The notes: generated from the letters alone by a model not told the origin. A DNA stretch of 64,000 nucleotides from Candidatus Saccharimonadales bacterium (GCA_046350615.1 JAXMAA010000002.1:85204-149203); one strand, 5' to 3'. Shown: positions 9,436 through 18,677, numbered from the stretch's first letter. Translations and numbers: made by a program.

Positions 9436-10867
9436 TGTGATAGCCCACACCAAAAAAAGCATTCCGCTAAGAGATACAAACGGCTCATTTTTGGCAGCTG
9501 CACTTATTATTATGATCGTACTGACTGCTATTGGCATATCGCTTGCAGGAATGGTTGTTGCTCAGTATTCTAAAACACAACGTATAACATACAGTACCGG
9601 CGCCTTGTATACAGCCGAGGCTGGTATAGAGCAGACACTCTACCAGCTGAATCAGAACGATTCTTTTGCTGGATTTCCAACAGAGCAAGTGTTCTCTAAC
9701 TCTAACGAGTTTGGCCGGGCAGTATATACGAGCAGTATCAAGAATCTTGCGGGTGGCAATGCTAAAACCATTACTACAACTGCAAAGACCTATAATTATA
9801 ACAACGCATCAAAACCGGTCAGTACTCGGAAAATAAGAGTTACTGTGGTGGGTACAGGATCAGAAGGTTACTCGGTTCACACCGGGCCCGGTGGTTTGAT
9901 ATTAGGCGGAAGTGCTAATATTACTAATTCTGATGTATTCGTGAACGGCAGAATAACCATGAGCGGTGCCGCCAGAATTGGCACGAATGCACAACCTGTT
10001 AAAGTTGATGTGGCAAACCAAGCCTGCCCTATGGTGAGCAATCCTGGTGCGAGTTACCCTCAGGTGTGCGAATCGGGCCAACCTATTGATTTACAGTGGA
10101 GTACCTACATATATGGCTCAGTGTGCGCCACTGGTCAAACCTCGTATGGGCCAAATCCCAGTAAAAATATTTTGCCTGGCTCTGGGGGGCTTGGTCTGCA
10201 GCTTGGATGCACAGCTGCACCGGTGAGTTCTCTAAGCTATGACCGCCCGGCACATATTGCACGCATGTCAACAACGGGTTCCATGAGCAACAGCAACTAC
10301 AATTGCAGCCAATGGCGCAACCCCGATGCATTTACCAGAACATGGCCAGCTAACTTAACGATGACCGGCAATGTGGACCTTTCAAGTAGTTGCGACCTAA
10401 CTATTACCGGCGATGTGTATATTACGGGAAACCTTAATATTGGTGGTGCTGCAAAGATTCGTGTTGCCGATAGTGTTGGCACGCATCGACCAGTGATTGT
10501 GGTTGATGGTAGCGTCACGGTCGGTGGCTCGGCGCAGATGTTGGCGAATACCTCAGGGACGGGTATGCATTTCATTAGCTTTAAATCGAATGCCCCATGC
10601 AATCCAAGTTGCACAACGATAACCGGTACGGCACTTAAAAATACGCAAAATCTTGAAACAGTGAGTGTTGGTGGTGCAGGTAACCTTCCGGGCATGGTAT
10701 TCCAGGCCTACTGGAGCAAGATAAAGGTAGACGGGAGTGGTAATGTTGGTTCGGCGGTTGGCCAAACGGTTGATTTGAGCGGAGCTGGGACAATTACATT
10801 TGGCACAAAGCTTTCATCGGGTGCAAAGACCTGGACGATCACAAGCTACCAGCAGGTATTTGAATAG
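9428..10867 (+). CDS. large pilus-associated protein (PilX-N-like anchor plus repetitive, probably beta-helical C-terminal region)
   Basis: The ATG at 9428 overlaps the upstream stop (ATGGTTAA); the track's 9230 start is only an in-frame upstream extension. The hydrophobic anchor FLAAALIIMIVLTAIGISLAGMVV is followed by AEAGIEQTLYQL. Repeated motifs include VFVNGRITMSGAARIG, ITGDVYITGNLNIGGAAKIRV and VVDGSVTVGGSAQM. Confidence 0.55.
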   Translation: MVNVIAHTKKSIPLRDTNGSFLAAALIIMIVLTAIGISLAGMVVAQYSKTQRITYSTGALYTAEAGIEQTLYQLNQNDSFAGFPTEQVFSNSNEFGRAVYTSSIKNLAGGNAKTITTTAKTYNYNNASKPVSTRKIRVTVVGTGSEGYSVHTGPGGLILGGSANITNSDVFVNGRITMSGAARIGTNAQPVKVDVANQACPMVSNPGASYPQVCESGQPIDLQWSTYIYGSVCATGQTSYGPNPSKNILPGSGGLGLQLGCTAAPVSSLSYDRPAHIARMSTTGSMSNSNYNCSQWRNPDAFTRTWPANLTMTGNVDLSSSCDLTITGDVYITGNLNIGGAAKIRVADSVGTHRPVIVVDGSVTVGGSAQMLANTSGTGMHFISFKSNAPCNPSCTTITGTALKNTQNLETVSVGGAGNLPGMVFQAYWSKIKVDGSGNVGSAVGQTVDLSGAGTITFGTKLSSGAKTWTITSYQQVFE

Positions 10868-11983
10868 TTGCGGTTCGATCTAAAAACAGTTATGCTTAAA
10901 AAAATGAAAGATCCGCTTTTTTATCATAAACGGCCGCTGTTTGGGCTAGATGTTGGTTCACAGACTGTTAAATTCCTACAACTCGAGCATCACGGTAAGC
11001 ACAGCGCCACGGTGAAGGCCTTCGGTAGTATTGTTACTGATGAAAAGATTATGAACTCAGGCGCAATCACTAATATTCCAAAAGCCGCAAAGCTTATTGA
11101 TACGCTGCTAGACGAACATGTAACTGGTGCTCTTACCACCAATCGCACCGCTATGAGCGTGCCTGTATCGCGCGCATTTACACGTGTAGTTATGTTGCCG
11201 CACATGTCGCCGAAAGAGTTACGAAGCGCTGTACAGCTAGAGGTTGAACAATCGATTCCATTACCGAGCAAAGATCTTTATTTTGATTATGAAACAGCTG
11301 ATATAGATGACCCTGAAAACCACCTTGTTTCAATTGTTGCGGTACCACGCGCAATTATCGATTCATATGTTGGTGTCTGTGATCTTCTTGGTCTTGAGCT
11401 GGTGTTAGCGCAAACAAACATCAGTGCCGATGGGCAGTTGTGTCGTATGTTTGAGGGGGTTGACCAAGATAGCCCGCACATTATTGTTGATGTTGGTGGT
11501 GATTCAATCGATATCGGGATTCTTGATAGCACAGTACGTGTAACAGCTACGGTAGATGAGGGTGGCAATAGTCTGACAAAGTCCATCGCAGCTGCACAAC
11601 GAATTTCGTATACAAAAGCGAATGCCTTAAAAGTAGAAGAAGGTATCGCCTCTGGGAAAAATCAGATGAAGATTAAAAAAGCTGTAACACCAATACTCAA
11701 TAAAGTAGTGCATGAAATTATTCGTATGCAGAAGTTCTATCAAGAACGAGTGCACGAAGACGGTGAGATTCTGCAAATACTCATAGTTGGTGGCGGTGCA
11801 AATATGCCTGGCCTTGGGGACTATCTTACCGATGCGACACATATTCCCTCTCGTGTTTCGTCGCCATGGAGCAACAATATTCATTTCGGTAGGCTTGAGC
11901 CGCCTGAATTTGCTGATTTACCGAGATTTCTTACGTGTGCCGGATTGGCACTTGCGCAAGAAGACGAGGTGTTTGAGCGATGA
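10868..11983 (+). CDS. pilM: type IV pilus assembly protein PilM (actin-like ATPase)
   Basis: 371 aa. Motifs are GLDVGSQTVKFLQL, IVDVGGDSIDIGIL and ILIVGGGANMPGL. The start is uncertain: TTG at 10868 or ATG at 10891. Confidence 0.8.
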   Translation: MRFDLKTVMLKKMKDPLFYHKRPLFGLDVGSQTVKFLQLEHHGKHSATVKAFGSIVTDEKIMNSGAITNIPKAAKLIDTLLDEHVTGALTTNRTAMSVPVSRAFTRVVMLPHMSPKELRSAVQLEVEQSIPLPSKDLYFDYETADIDDPENHLVSIVAVPRAIIDSYVGVCDLLGLELVLAQTNISADGQLCRMFEGVDQDSPHIIVDVGGDSIDIGILDSTVRVTATVDEGGNSLTKSIAAAQRISYTKANALKVEEGIASGKNQMKIKKAVTPILNKVVHEIIRMQKFYQERVHEDGEILQILIVGGGANMPGLGDYLTDATHIPSRVSSPWSNNIHFGRLEPPEFADLPRFLTCAGLALAQEDEVFER

Positions 11984-12615
11984 TCAACCTTATACCTCCA
12001 AAGCGACTTGTTGATATACGTATAGCGCACTCCAACACTATTCTCTTACGCTATGTACAGCTATTAGTAGTCAGTTTATTTGTTGTGCTTAGTGCTCTGG
12101 CGGTGTCGTACTACTTTCTACACAGGAGACAACAAGATGTTCAAGCCATACTGACTGTTGAGCAAAAGAAGGTGCAGCAATTAGAGTTGGTGCAAAAAGA
12201 TGCAGAACAGCTTTCGGCAACAATTAATACAATTGCCGGTCTGCAGTCAAGGAACTTAAAATTTTCAGAAATGCTTACCAAAATTGGTAGCGCAATGCCC
12301 GATGGCACCGTTTTAACAGGACTTCAGTTTTCGCTTGAGAACGCTGATGCACCGTTTGTTATCAGTGCCGAGGCCGAAAACGAGAGATTAGCAGCAGTGC
12401 TCCGTAACAATCTCCTTGCGATAGGCCTTTTTAAGACAGCAACGATCAAGAATATCACACTTCTCGAAGATCCAGAGGAGACACCCCAGCAGCCCGTAGA
12501 TAAAGAACCTGCCACAACAGGTGAGCCCGCCGCTCAAGCACAAGAAGAGCCAAAACCATATCGGTATAGCACAACTATCGATACCTATTTTAAAGATATG
12601 GTGGTGTCAAAATGA
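11980..12615 (+). CDS. pilN: PilN-like pilus assembly protein
   Basis: 211 aa. It begins with the MINLIPP motif, followed by a single TM segment and a coiled coil. The start overlaps the pilM stop. Confidence 0.65.
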   Translation: MINLIPPKRLVDIRIAHSNTILLRYVQLLVVSLFVVLSALAVSYYFLHRRQQDVQAILTVEQKKVQQLELVQKDAEQLSATINTIAGLQSRNLKFSEMLTKIGSAMPDGTVLTGLQFSLENADAPFVISAEAENERLAAVLRNNLLAIGLFKTATIKNITLLEDPEETPQQPVDKEPATTGEPAAQAQEEPKPYRYSTTIDTYFKDMVVSK

Positions 12616-13199
12616 ACCCTCGCCGCATGCAGTATCTGCTTGTACTATGTATCGTAGGTATTATTTTTATTGCTGGAGCGGCAGTATATATTGCTAACGG
12701 AAAACTGACCAAGATCGCTCTTGATACGAGTAGGCTTTCGGCGGATATTGAAGTAAACAGAAAGAAAATTCAGACCTATAGCATTACACAGTCACAAGTA
12801 GAATCGCTTGGATATGTCGAGGATTTGGCGGCAAAAGTCTTGCCCGATGATCAAGAGCAGTCGGCTGTTGTTACTGAGATTTCAAACTTTGCGCTCCGGT
12901 CTAAACTAACACTCGCTGGCATTGATTTTGTTGAGATGGATGCTGCTGCAAAAAGCAAGAATACGAAGACAAAGACGGCTGTGCCGAAGGGTGTTGCTGT
13001 TGTTCCTGTCGTGGTGACGTTTAAGGAGGCGAGCTATAGTGGTTTGTTGGATTTTCTGCGCACGGTCGAAACAACACAACGCAAGGCACAGGTGAGTAGT
13101 ATCAATCTTACGCCTGATGCTAAAAACCGGGCAGTACTGAGTGAGGTTGCCGTGGCTATCAATCTCTACACAAAAAAACCGGCGGGGAATGCAAAATGA
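12612..13199 (+). CDS. pilO: PilO-like pilus assembly protein
   Basis: 195 aa with an N-terminal TM segment, a coiled coil and an alpha/beta C-terminal region. It is translationally coupled within the pilMNO series. Confidence 0.55.
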   Translation: MNPRRMQYLLVLCIVGIIFIAGAAVYIANGKLTKIALDTSRLSADIEVNRKKIQTYSITQSQVESLGYVEDLAAKVLPDDQEQSAVVTEISNFALRSKLTLAGIDFVEMDAAAKSKNTKTKTAVPKGVAVVPVVVTFKEASYSGLLDFLRTVETTQRKAQVSSINLTPDAKNRAVLSEVAVAINLYTKKPAGNAK

Positions 13200-13486
13200 A
13201 ATCACTAGCACGTCATTGGTATCAACTGGGTAAGGTTATGCGCACGCATCAAACGTTTGTTGTGCTCGTGGTGGTGTTGTTGGTATTGCTTGCAGTTTTT
13301 ATTCGTATTAATGAATTAGGCAGCATGCCGTTGGACCAAGCGTATCTTCAGCAAGAAGGTGAAAAAATTAAATCAGTCAAGTTCAATGAAGAAGCTATAG
13401 AGCAAATCAAAGCTCTGAACGAGAGTAATGTAAATGATCCAGGAACACGCCTGCCGACAGATCGTCAAAACCCCTTTAGTGAATAG
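13196..13486 (+). CDS. small single-pass membrane protein, last gene of the pil operon
   Basis: 96 aa. The start overlaps the pilO stop, and there is a TM segment FVVLVVVLLVLLAVFI. No family was recognised. Confidence 0.4.
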   Translation: MKSLARHWYQLGKVMRTHQTFVVLVVVLLVLLAVFIRINELGSMPLDQAYLQQEGEKIKSVKFNEEAIEQIKALNESNVNDPGTRLPTDRQNPFSE

Positions 13487-13525
13487 CACGGTTTCCGTAT
13501 ACAAAATGGGGTATAGTTAAAGAGT

Positions 13526-13999
13526 ATGTTAGAAAAAACATTTAGAACGGTAAGTTCTGATGAGACTCAGGCTCTTGGTAATCAAATAGGTGCTCAACTT
13601 TGTGGTGGCGAAGTGATAGAGTTCAGCAGTGATCTGGGTGGCGGTAAAACTACGTTTGTTCGTGGACTTGCACAGGGTTTCGGTTCGCTTGATGTAGTTG
13701 CTAGTCCGAGTTTCACCATAAGTTATGTCTATACTCGGGCCGACGGTAAGGCATTGTACCATTTTGATTTTTACCGGCTTAATGACCCTGGGATAGTCGC
13801 AAATGAGTTGGCAGAAGTTGAAGGGGATAAAGATGTAGTTGTGGCGATCGAATGGGGCGAGCAAGTGCATAATGTTTTACCTGCAGAGCGTATCCACATA
13901 CAGATTAAGGCTCTAAGTGATAACGAACGTGAGATTTGTATTAAAGCCCCTCCCGCATATGCATATTTATTTGATAACCTTCAAGAGGCCAGGGCATGA
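13526..13999 (+). CDS. tsaE: tRNA t6A37 biosynthesis ATPase TsaE
   Basis: 157 aa. It has the P-loop GDLGGGKTTFVRGLAQG-type sequence (SSDLGGGKTTFVRGLAQGFG), followed by SPSFTI and HFDFYRL. Confidence 0.85.
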   Translation: MLEKTFRTVSSDETQALGNQIGAQLCGGEVIEFSSDLGGGKTTFVRGLAQGFGSLDVVASPSFTISYVYTRADGKALYHFDFYRLNDPGIVANELAEVEGDKDVVVAIEWGEQVHNVLPAERIHIQIKALSDNEREICIKAPPAYAYLFDNLQEARA

Positions 14000-14388
14000 T
14001 CTTAGCGCTCAGAACAGATAAGCCCGAGGCAGAGCTATATGTATTAGATAGTAACGGTCGGGTAGTCGCTTCAGACAAATGGCAGGCACACCGCGAGCTT
14101 TCAGATACCCTCTTGAATCATATCGAGGTGCTTCTCCACTCATCACAAGTGGATCTTAGCTCTCTTACGCATATTGTGGTGTATCAAGGTCCCGGCTCTT
14201 TCACCGGTTTGAGAATCGGCATTACTGTGGCTAATACGCTTGCCTACAGCCTGGGTATTCCGGTAGTTGGCATAAGTGGTGGTTCATGGCTTAACGATAT
14301 TCACAGTAGCCTGATTTTATCCTCAGCGGGAACATTTGTGGTCCCAAAATATGGCGCGAAAGTGCATATCACGAAACCACGGAAGTAA
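13996..14388 (+). CDS. tsaB: TsaB-like t6A protein, short form (N-terminal domain only)
   Basis: 130 aa, overlapping the tsaE stop. It carries the motif GPGSFTGLRIGITVANTLAYSLGIPVVGIS. Confidence 0.7.
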   Translation: MILALRTDKPEAELYVLDSNGRVVASDKWQAHRELSDTLLNHIEVLLHSSQVDLSSLTHIVVYQGPGSFTGLRIGITVANTLAYSLGIPVVGISGGSWLNDIHSSLILSSAGTFVVPKYGAKVHITKPRK

Positions 14389-14768
14389 CCAGAGCATGAG
14401 CGGTTTGCAAACTCTATACAGAATATGATAACCTGAAGTTGACAAAGCAAAATAAAAAAGGAAAATAAGATGAAATCTCTAAAAGGTCATATCTCTAAGC
14501 TGGGGCTGCTCATTGTAATAGCGAGTGCCGGCCTATTTTTGTTTAACGGTAAAGCTGCATTTGCCGCCACAAAAACCTGGACCGGTTCCGGTGGCAACAG
14601 TAACCTCGCCACAGCAGGTAACTGGCAAGGTGGTGTGGCACCCGTTGATGGTGATAGTCTCGCTTTTGGAAGCGGCTCATCGTTGACGCTGAATAATGAC
14701 CTTAGTTCTTCCATTGTAGTAGATGGCTTTGATACAGGGAGAACGGTTTCTATTCCAGGCGCACAGTA

Positions 14769-14789
14769 CCCCGACCGTAAGGTCGTGGG
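14769..14789 (+). repeat. IS left-end subterminal hairpin
   Basis: CCCCGACC-GTAA-GGTCGTGGG forms a stem with a bulged T, 15 nt inside the proposed left junction. Confidence 0.7.
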
Positions 14790-14854
14790 CAGTATGCCCT
14801 AACCCACTAGCTTGTTTGCCGCTTTCGGCCTGCACCGACTATCATGAGTAGGTA

Positions 14855-15292
14855 ATGCCAACGCTCTATCGTCATAAATCCCACTGTGTATTCCTCTGTG
14901 ACTACCATATAGTGTTTCCGACCAAATACCGACGCAGTATCATCAACGAAGGCGTTAAGGCCTTCATTACATCTCGTATCAAAGAAATCCAGGACCACTA
15001 CCCTGAAGTCATCTTCAAAACTGCCAATACCGACAAAGACCACATACACATGCTCGTTTCCATTCCACCAACGTGGTCCGTAGGTAAGGTGGTGGGTATA
15101 ATTAAGGCAAACACTGCAAGAGGCATGAAGGCCGAGCTACCATTTCTAAAAAAGATCTACTGGGGCACAGACAGTATTTGGTCGGAAGGCTACTTTGTTA
15201 GCACAGTTGGCATAAACGAAAGCACTATACGAAGCTACATAGAAAACCAAGGCAAACAGGATAGTGGGCAAACTAACCTTCGGTTAGTTTGA
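14855..15292 (+). CDS. tnpA: IS200/IS605 family Y1 transposase TnpA
   Basis: 145 aa. It has the HUH region DHIHMLVSIPP, a CDYHIVFPTKYRR N-terminus and the catalytic Tyr region SEGYFVSTVG. Confidence 0.9.
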   Translation: MPTLYRHKSHCVFLCDYHIVFPTKYRRSIINEGVKAFITSRIKEIQDHYPEVIFKTANTDKDHIHMLVSIPPTWSVGKVVGIIKANTARGMKAELPFLKKIYWGTDSIWSEGYFVSTVGINESTIRSYIENQGKQDSGQTNLRLV

Positions 15293-15303
15293 AGGAGCCA
15301 ATA

Positions 15304-15324
15304 CCCCGACCGTGAGGTCGTGGG
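15304..15324 (+). repeat. IS right-end subterminal hairpin
   Basis: CCCCGACC-GTGA-GGTCGTGGG forms a hairpin ending 9 nt before the proposed right junction. Confidence 0.7.
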
Positions 15325-16641
15325 AAGTTTATTAATGGCGCAGAACTTAAAGTAAAAGGGAACTTCACCTCTAGCCAAGATGGTAGCTTCACTTTCAATA
15401 ATACTCTTAATGTGACAGATGACGTCATTATATCAGCAAGGTTTGTTAATTTTGGTGGCGACTTAATTGGTAATGGCGATATAACACAAGGCTACACCGG
15501 ACAATACAAAGGCACGTTGTTACTGGGAGACCCTGATGGTAATGGCAATGGCTCTTTTGGTGGTGGGATCTCTGTAGATAATGTAGATCTCTGTGTAGAA
15601 ACAGGTCCTACGATTTTTGGATCATCCGCAAAAGGCACAAGCATAATAAACGGAGGACTGTATCTAGAATCAATCAGTCAGAGCGTGACGATCAGTGAGC
15701 CATTTAACTTGAATAACGCCAGGATCGATGCGTGGGCTGGTAGGTGCAATATGGGCGGAGGTGGCAATGAGCAAAAATTACCATATATCGTTACTTTGTC
15801 TGGGGCAATCTCCGCGAGCAACGGGGTAACCTATGGTGGCACGGTAGACGCTCTTTTGAGTGGGGTCGTTAATGGGGCAATAAGCCTAAGGCAGGGTTCT
15901 CTCGGTAACCTAACAATCGGAAGCTCCACACAGGTTTCGGGAGAGGTGACGGTACCCATTGAGGAATCCGACGACTGCGAAAGTAGTTTCGCAGTCGGCA
16001 AAAATTACAAATATATTGTAAGTGCATCCTGCACAAACACTACGGCATATATTGCGGGCATCCTTATGGGGAGCGGAGCTCTGGGTAACACCAATGTAGA
16101 ATCCGGGGGCAAAATCGCTCCTGGTAATAGTCCTGGCGTACTTTCAACTGGTAATCTTGCATTCGAAGAAGGAGGCATATACGATTTTGAGATCGCTGGC
16201 GATGAGGCTGGTCAATACGATCAGATTAATGTAACTGGAACTGTGAATCTGGGCAATGGAATCCTGAGTATCAGTCAGCTTGATGGCTTCAAACCGAGTG
16301 CTGGAAAGTCGTTTGTGATTATTGCTAATGATGGTGATGACGTTGTTGAGGGTACGTTTAAAGATTTGCCACAGGGTGCAACCATTACTGTTGATGGTGC
16401 AGCCTATACCATTAGCTATACGGGAGGTGACGGGAATGATGTTGAACTCACAGCGATTCCAAGTGGATCAAACACTGGCAATCCTAAGAACTCCACGCCT
16501 GTCGCTTATATCGTTGGTGCAGGGTTGATTAGTGCCGCAATAGTAGTTAAAAAATTAAAGAAGTTACAGCGAAGAAGATAATTGACTAAAGCGTCACTCA
16601 TCTGTATCATAATAAGCATAAGAAAAAAGGAACCACCACCT

Positions 16642-16941
16642 ATGAAAAAAATTGCAAGTATACTTTCATCAATCATAACTGTTGCTGCACTGACTTTTGT
16701 GCCAGCCGTAGTCCACGCCCAGAGTACTATTGATATAGGCGATTCAACTTCTGGCACAACTGACCCTACCACCCCGCTGCCATCAACTGGAGGAACTGAT
16801 ACTCCTGCAACACCTGATACGGGTATTGCTCCAAGCGAAAACAAAGTGGTTGCAAATTCACTTGTCTTTGTTGGCGGAGCCGCACTTGGTGCTGCCCTCG
16901 GTTACGGATTCCTATCGTACCGAAAACGTCAACAAAACTAG
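16642..16941 (+). CDS. small secreted, C-terminally anchored protein with an LPSTG motif
   Basis: The ATG at 16642 gives a signal peptide MKKIASILSSIITVAALTFVPAVVHA. This is followed by a Thr/Pro-rich stretch containing LPSTGG and PDTGI, a TM segment LVFVGGAALGAALGYGFL and the tail YRKRQQN. Confidence 0.5.
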   Translation: MKKIASILSSIITVAALTFVPAVVHAQSTIDIGDSTSGTTDPTTPLPSTGGTDTPATPDTGIAPSENKVVANSLVFVGGAALGAALGYGFLSYRKRQQN

Positions 16942-16956
16942 CCTACGTTTTAAATC

Positions 16957-16988
16957 AGGGCCCGACAATATACGTATAGGGCCCTTTT
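16957..16988 (+). terminator. intrinsic terminator candidate
   Basis: An AGGGCCC...GGGCCCT stem with a 15-nt loop, followed by TTTTG. Confidence 0.45.
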
Positions 16989-17159
16989 GTATTCAAAAAT
17001 ACGTGCGAATAGAGTACACTTTTATAAGTGCTACGTTCAAAATAGGACAGTGTAGCCTTGATGTACTGACTAATGAGTGAAATACAAGCCGCTTGAGCCG
17101 CACCGAAGACCCTAGGTTTATTCAAACGTAGCCACGCGTCTTGTGAGGAAAGGATAGTT

Positions 17160-18677
17160 ATGATGATATTTGTTGTCTTAGCAGCAATTGCTGGCGTTGC
17201 TGCTGGCTTTGGTGGAGCAACTGCCACAACTAAGAAGAAGATTGGTTCAGCAGCTGCTAATGCCGAAAAAGAGCTTGTAAAAGCTAAAAAAGAATCAGAT
17301 CTCTTGGTGATTGAAGCCAAAAAAGAAGCGGTTCGTGTAGCCGAAGAAGCCAAGAAAGAGGAAGAAAAGAGACGTCGTGAATTAAAAGAAACTGAATCGC
17401 GCCTACTTACACGCGAGGAAGCGCTTGATAAAAAACTTGACGAGCTCGATAAACGGAGTGAGAAGTTACGTAGCAACGAGGACGAGCTCGAAAAACTAAA
17501 AGACGAAGTGCGTTCCATCCGCACAACTGCGCAGGAAAAGCTCGAGAAGATTGCTAAGCTCACAAAAACCGAAGCAGCTGAAAAGCTCATGCAAATGACG
17601 GAGCGCGACATCAAAAAAGATCTTGAAGGACTGATAGCTAAGCTACAGCATGATGCAACGGAAGATGCTGAAGAGCGAGCTCAGCTTGTGATCACCCAGG
17701 CAATGGAGCGTATGGCAAGCGATGTGACAACGGAAAAAACTGTTACCGCCGTAAAGCTTACTGACGACGAAATGAAGGGCCGTATTATCGGTAAAGAAGG
17801 CCGCAACATACAGGCAATTCAACGTGCTACCGGTGTTGATATTCTTGTAGATGATACCCCGGGCATGGTAATTATGAGTAGTTTCGACCCAATTCGCCGC
17901 CAAGTCGCGCGTTTGACACTTGAGATGCTCATGAAAGATGGGCGTATTCACCCTGGTCGCATTGAAGAGGTGGTCGAAAAAGCCCAAAAGCAAATTGATA
18001 AAGACATTGACCGTGCAGGTGAAGATGCGGTGCGTGAAGTTGGCGTGGTTGGGCTAGTACCAAAAGAGATGGTTCGTTTACTTGGTGAGCTTAAGTTTCG
18101 TACTAGCTATGGGCAGAATGTCCTTAAACACAGTACCGAAATGGCTCATATTGCAGCGGTTATTGCTGAGGAAATCGGGGTTGATGCAAAAACCGTAAAG
18201 GTTGCGGCACTTCTTCATGACGTTGGCAAGGCACTCACGCACAAAGTGGAGGGCAAGCATCATCATATTAGTGCAGAGATGGCTCGAAAGTACGGCATGA
18301 GTGAACCAATCGTGCATGCAATTGAGGCTCATCACGACGACATTGATGCTACTACTCCAGAGGCGGTAGTGGTACGCGTAGTAGATGCGCTTTCAGCTGC
18401 ACGTCCCGGAGCTCGTAATATATCTGCAGAAAACTTTGCCGAACGTATGCGCGAGCTTGAGAACGTCGCTAACAGCTTCCCGGGAATTGATAAGAGCTAT
18501 GCCATCTCTGCCGGCCGCGAGGTGCGCGTGATTGTAAAGCCCGAGAAGGTCGATGATCTTACCGCTATCAAGTTGGCACGGGATATCGCTAACAAAATCG
18601 AAAGCACTATGCAGTATCCAGGTACAATTAAGGTGAATGTACTGCGAGAAACCCGAGCCACCGAATACGCTAAGTAA
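17160..18677 (+). CDS. rny: ribonuclease Y
   Basis: 505 aa. It has an N-terminal TM segment, a Lys/Glu-rich coiled coil, a KH domain (GRIIGKEGRNIQAIQRATGVDILVDD) and an HD domain (LLHDVGKA...HH). Confidence 0.93.
   Translation: MMIFVVLAAIAGVAAGFGGATATTKKKIGSAAANAEKELVKAKKESDLLVIEAKKEAVRVAEEAKKEEEKRRRELKETESRLLTREEALDKKLDELDKRSEKLRSNEDELEKLKDEVRSIRTTAQEKLEKIAKLTKTEAAEKLMQMTERDIKKDLEGLIAKLQHDATEDAEERAQLVITQAMERMASDVTTEKTVTAVKLTDDEMKGRIIGKEGRNIQAIQRATGVDILVDDTPGMVIMSSFDPIRRQVARLTLEMLMKDGRIHPGRIEEVVEKAQKQIDKDIDRAGEDAVREVGVVGLVPKEMVRLLGELKFRTSYGQNVLKHSTEMAHIAAVIAEEIGVDAKTVKVAALLHDVGKALTHKVEGKHHHISAEMARKYGMSEPIVHAIEAHHDDIDATTPEAVVVRVVDALSAARPGARNISAENFAERMRELENVANSFPGIDKSYAISAGREVRVIVKPEKVDDLTAIKLARDIANKIESTMQYPGTIKVNVLRETRATEYAK

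Larger units (their letters stand above)
14755..15333 (+). mobile_element. IS200/IS605-family insertion sequence (TnpA only)
   Basis: It has a Y1 transposase ORF flanked by near-identical subterminal imperfect hairpins. TATT precedes both proposed junctions. The length is 579 bp (3 x 193). The ends are inferred and may shift by up to 4 nt. Confidence 0.75.
14470..16581 (+). pseudogene. surface protein with autotransporter-associated beta-strand repeats and a C-terminal membrane anchor, interrupted by an IS200/IS605 element
   Basis: The N-terminal piece has a signal peptide plus TWTGSGGNSNLATAGNWQGGVAPVDGDSLAFG. The C-terminal piece has GKIAPGNSPGVLSTGNLAFEEGGIYDFEI...DQINVTGTVNL and ends in AYIVGAGLISAAIVVKKLKKLQRRR. 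Joining 14754 to 15334 keeps a single frame. Confidence 0.75.

Noticed and set aside
13996-14388. The short TsaB (130 aa) as a possible truncation pseudogene.
   Set aside because: No continuation of TsaB-like sequence appears in any frame of the 80-nt downstream spacer. The gene is cleanly coupled to tsaE, so a naturally short form is more likely.
16955-17614. A 219-aa minus-strand ORF rich in Ser/Phe/Leu, antisense to rny.
   Set aside because: It is low-complexity and lies entirely antisense to the Lys/Glu-rich coiled-coil region of the well-supported RNase Y gene. It is a mirror-image artefact of AAG/GAA-rich coding DNA.
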